DNA of 64,000 nucleotides from Spirochaetia bacterium (GTDB lineage Bacteria; Spirochaetota; Spirochaetia; WTKD01; G963693115): NCBI GenBank assembly GCA_965226055.1, contig CBDDCA010000006.1, positions 258,251 to 322,250 of the forward strand, read 5' to 3'. Shown piece by piece: positions 61,691 to 64,000 of this stretch (position 1 is its first letter; each line of letters starts with the position of its first letter). The notes under the pieces were generated by a model. It saw only the letters and a program-made list of their open reading frames with translations, ran no database searches and was not told where the DNA came from. The position numbers and the translations under genes were made by a program.

Positions 61691-62458
61691 TTAGTTATTA
61701 TTAAACTCACGAAAAGAATCTATTTCTTTTTGAGTATATAATTCAGACAGAGGAGATATTTCTTCAATTTCAATAAAAGGGACTTTATATTGTAATTGCT
61801 CACGCCATACTCTCATATCCTTTACTGTTTCAAAATCTATGGTACGAACAATCTTCATATGCTTTTTTTTATTTTGCTGTTCAAACTCCACCACTGCAAA
61901 TTTTCCGCCCCCTATATACTGTATTTCTTGTCCTTCCTGTATGTCTTCACAGGCTTGTACATATGCTATTGCCTCATCAAAACTCACATACTCATCGCTT
62001 GCTCCCTTGTTAAAGGCAGTCAATACTTCAGATATGGGCTTACCACTATCACTAGACACTAGCTGTAAAGAAGTATCAGGAGACACAACATGAGGCACAG
62101 CTCCCTTAGGATAACTACGCGACTGAGGCACAGAAACAGGATTATCTTTTTGATACATTGTTTCGCTTGATATATGAGTAGCTTTTATCTTTGTCATACG
62201 TAACCCTGTTTGTACACCAGCAAGAACAATAGTAGTTTCCTTATTATGAGATTGATTGCCGTGTGTACTTTTTGAATCTATCTTTTTATCTCCCTTTTTT
62301 GCTTTTTTTGTCAGCGACTGAGAAGACTGTTTGTTATATGCCGTAGCATTACTATGCTGTTGCTTTGTATCATCATGTTTAGCAACATGCTTGCCTACAC
62401 TTTTTTGGGTATTCTTCTTTTTTCCAAAAAAGCTATTGCGTATATGCTTTTTTTCCAT
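61691..62458 (-). CDS. Hypothetical protein with a basic, low-complexity N-terminus and a conserved-looking C-terminal domain
   Basis: Lys/Ser/Gln-rich N-terminal 100 aa. The C-terminus reads IQYIGGGKFAVVEFEQ... Confidence 0.4.
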   Translation of the reverse strand: MEKKHIRNSFFGKKKNTQKSVGKHVAKHDDTKQQHSNATAYNKQSSQSLTKKAKKGDKKIDSKSTHGNQSHNKETTIVLAGVQTGLRMTKIKATHISSETMYQKDNPVSVPQSRSYPKGAVPHVVSPDTSLQLVSSDSGKPISEVLTAFNKGASDEYVSFDEAIAYVQACEDIQEGQEIQYIGGGKFAVVEFEQQNKKKHMKIVRTIDFETVKDMRVWREQLQYKVPFIEIEEISPLSELYTQKEIDSFREFNNN

Positions 62459-62483
62459 GTATATAGTATAATTAAAATATACA

Positions 62484-64000
62484 ATGAGTACAACTCTATT
62501 TTTAGTTGATGGACATGGGCTTATTTTTCGTTCCTATTATGCTCATATTAAAAATCCATTACGAAATTCACAGGGACATAACACTTCAGCTATTTATGGT
62601 TTTTTTCAAAGCATAAAAAAAATCTTTACTGACTATGCTCCTTCAGATATCGTAATTGCATTGGATTCACATGAGGCAGAACTTGAACGTAAAAAAGTAT
62701 ATCCAAACTACAAAGCAAATCGACAAAAAACTCCCGAAGATCTTAAAACACAAATCGCTATTATCATAGACATCATTAAAGCTATGGAAATTCCTCATTT
62801 AAGCGTACTTGGACATGAAGCCGATGATATTATAGCTACCTTATCAAGAAAAAAGAGCAAAGACAACATAGCAAGTACCATAGTAAGCTCTGATAAAGAT
62901 CTCTTTCAATTACTTGGAGATAATGTTTCTATATTACGTCCTACAAGTAAAAGCAGCGATTGGATACCGATAACTCCAGCATGGATTCAAGAAAACTATA
63001 ATATTGAATATTCCCAAATTCATGACTATCTTGCTATTATTGGAGATAGTAGCGACAATATTCCGGGTGTTGCAGGATTAGGACCAAAAACAGCAGCAGC
63101 ATTATTACAAAATTACAAAAATCTCGATGAAATATTTGCTAACATTAGCAACTTAAAAGAAAGCTGGCGAAAAAAACTCGTGGATGCCAAAGAAATAGCA
63201 CAATTAAGCTATGCACTTATTGCCTTACACTATGATGTTCCTATCCCTGACAATTTTACTACCGCATATCCCGAATTATTATGGCATAAAGCTCATAGTA
63301 TTTTTGAAAATAATGATATATCCAGTTTTCCCACAAAAAACCCACACGGTAGCACTTCCACACAAAACACCACTACTGCTTCGCCTAACGATACCGAAAC
63401 ACATAGTTCCACAGCATCATGTTCCGTTAGCATTATTGAAAAAACTGAACAATTACAAGCAATAGTAAACACTGCGTTAGACAAAAACATCATAAGCATA
63501 TATCCTGTGTATACAGGACATACCCCACATACTACCCTTACTGGACTTGCTCTTGCTTGTAGTGAACATCAAGCCTACTATCTTCCTTTCTCTTCATCAA
63601 CAGGAGATAACGATACCAAGAAAGAGGAGCATGTTTCATATAACACATTGATGGAAGATAGCACATCAAGAAAAACATGTATAGACCTATTACAATCGTT
63701 ATTCAAAAGTAAGAAATGCGTACTTCTATTTCATGATGCAAAGCAAGCACTCAATATACTGTACAGAGAAGGCTTTGAAAAAGCACATAATTACTTTCAT
63801 CCAAAAAAGCACAGTTTTGCTATAGTAGATTGCATCATTGCAGCATGGCTTATTTCACCCGAAAATAATCAGTACGATATAGCATCATTATGTAACAAAT
63901 ACCTCCCTCAGCATCCTCTTACGAACTCTATACATACACTGTCTTTTCTGACAGACAATACAGACGCTTCATCACTCGTACATAGTGCTGGCATTCATAG
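62484..64000 (+). CDS. polA: DNA polymerase I, N-terminal part (5'-3' exonuclease domain onward); runs off the window end
   Basis: LFLVDGHGLIFRSYYA, FDSHEAELERKKVYPNYKANR, GHEADDIIATL, GDSSDNIPGVAGLGPKTAAALL. Absent from the ORF track because it has no in-window stop. Confidence 0.85.
   Translation, partial: MSTTLFLVDGHGLIFRSYYAHIKNPLRNSQGHNTSAIYGFFQSIKKIFTDYAPSDIVIALDSHEAELERKKVYPNYKANRQKTPEDLKTQIAIIIDIIKAMEIPHLSVLGHEADDIIATLSRKKSKDNIASTIVSSDKDLFQLLGDNVSILRPTSKSSDWIPITPAWIQENYNIEYSQIHDYLAIIGDSSDNIPGVAGLGPKTAAALLQNYKNLDEIFANISNLKESWRKKLVDAKEIAQLSYALIALHYDVPIPDNFTTAYPELLWHKAHSIFENNDISSFPTKNPHGSTSTQNTTTASPNDTETHSSTASCSVSIIEKTEQLQAIVNTALDKNIISIYPVYTGHTPHTTLTGLALACSEHQAYYLPFSSSTGDNDTKKEEHVSYNTLMEDSTSRKTCIDLLQSLFKSKKCVLLFHDAKQALNILYREGFEKAHNYFHPKKHSFAIVDCIIAAWLISPENNQYDIASLCNKYLPQHPLTNSIHTLSFLTDNTDASSLVHSAGIH

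Overview
This 64-kb window is AT-rich (roughly mid-30s % GC) and reads as a host-associated Treponema (spirochete) chromosome. The FabV/TER enoyl reductase, pgi, thrS and polA reading frames closely resemble Treponema homologues. The housekeeping backbone comprises: thrS (partial); a ribose-type sugar ABC operon; secB; a SusC-like TonB-dependent receptor; an alpha-glycoside uptake locus (GH4, two permeases, a binding protein); pgi; pstSCAB-phoU with a PhoB/PhoR-like two-component pair; a WD40 lipoprotein; a fused 2-oxoacid dehydrogenase E1 alpha/beta with an E2-like partner; an ABC-2/GldG/DUF4340 cluster; rnz; fabV; and polA (partial). Accessory and variable content is interleaved with this backbone: (1) three paralogous modular surface lipoproteins built from FN3-like and DUF285/Ig-like repeats (750 aa, 2822 aa and 1571 aa) plus one single-module paralog; (2) three long homopolymeric G/C tracts, namely G15 in the 5' coding leader of the 1571-aa lipoprotein (out of frame as sequenced) and G13 versus G14 inside two tandem-duplicated polysaccharide-biosynthesis genes; (3) IS material, namely one intact IS30-family element, six dispersed copies of its left inverted repeat, two copies of an IR-led ~400-bp module carrying a small ORF, and a degraded IS1595-family transposase with a solo end; (4) a type II R-M pair; (5) an AT-rich two-gene island encoding a ParB/DGQHR-like protein overlapping a Dam-family methyltransferase, a candidate defence module; (6) a tail-anchored hendecad coiled-coil protein encoded by a 33-bp VNTR. 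No rRNA, tRNA or CRISPR array was recognised.
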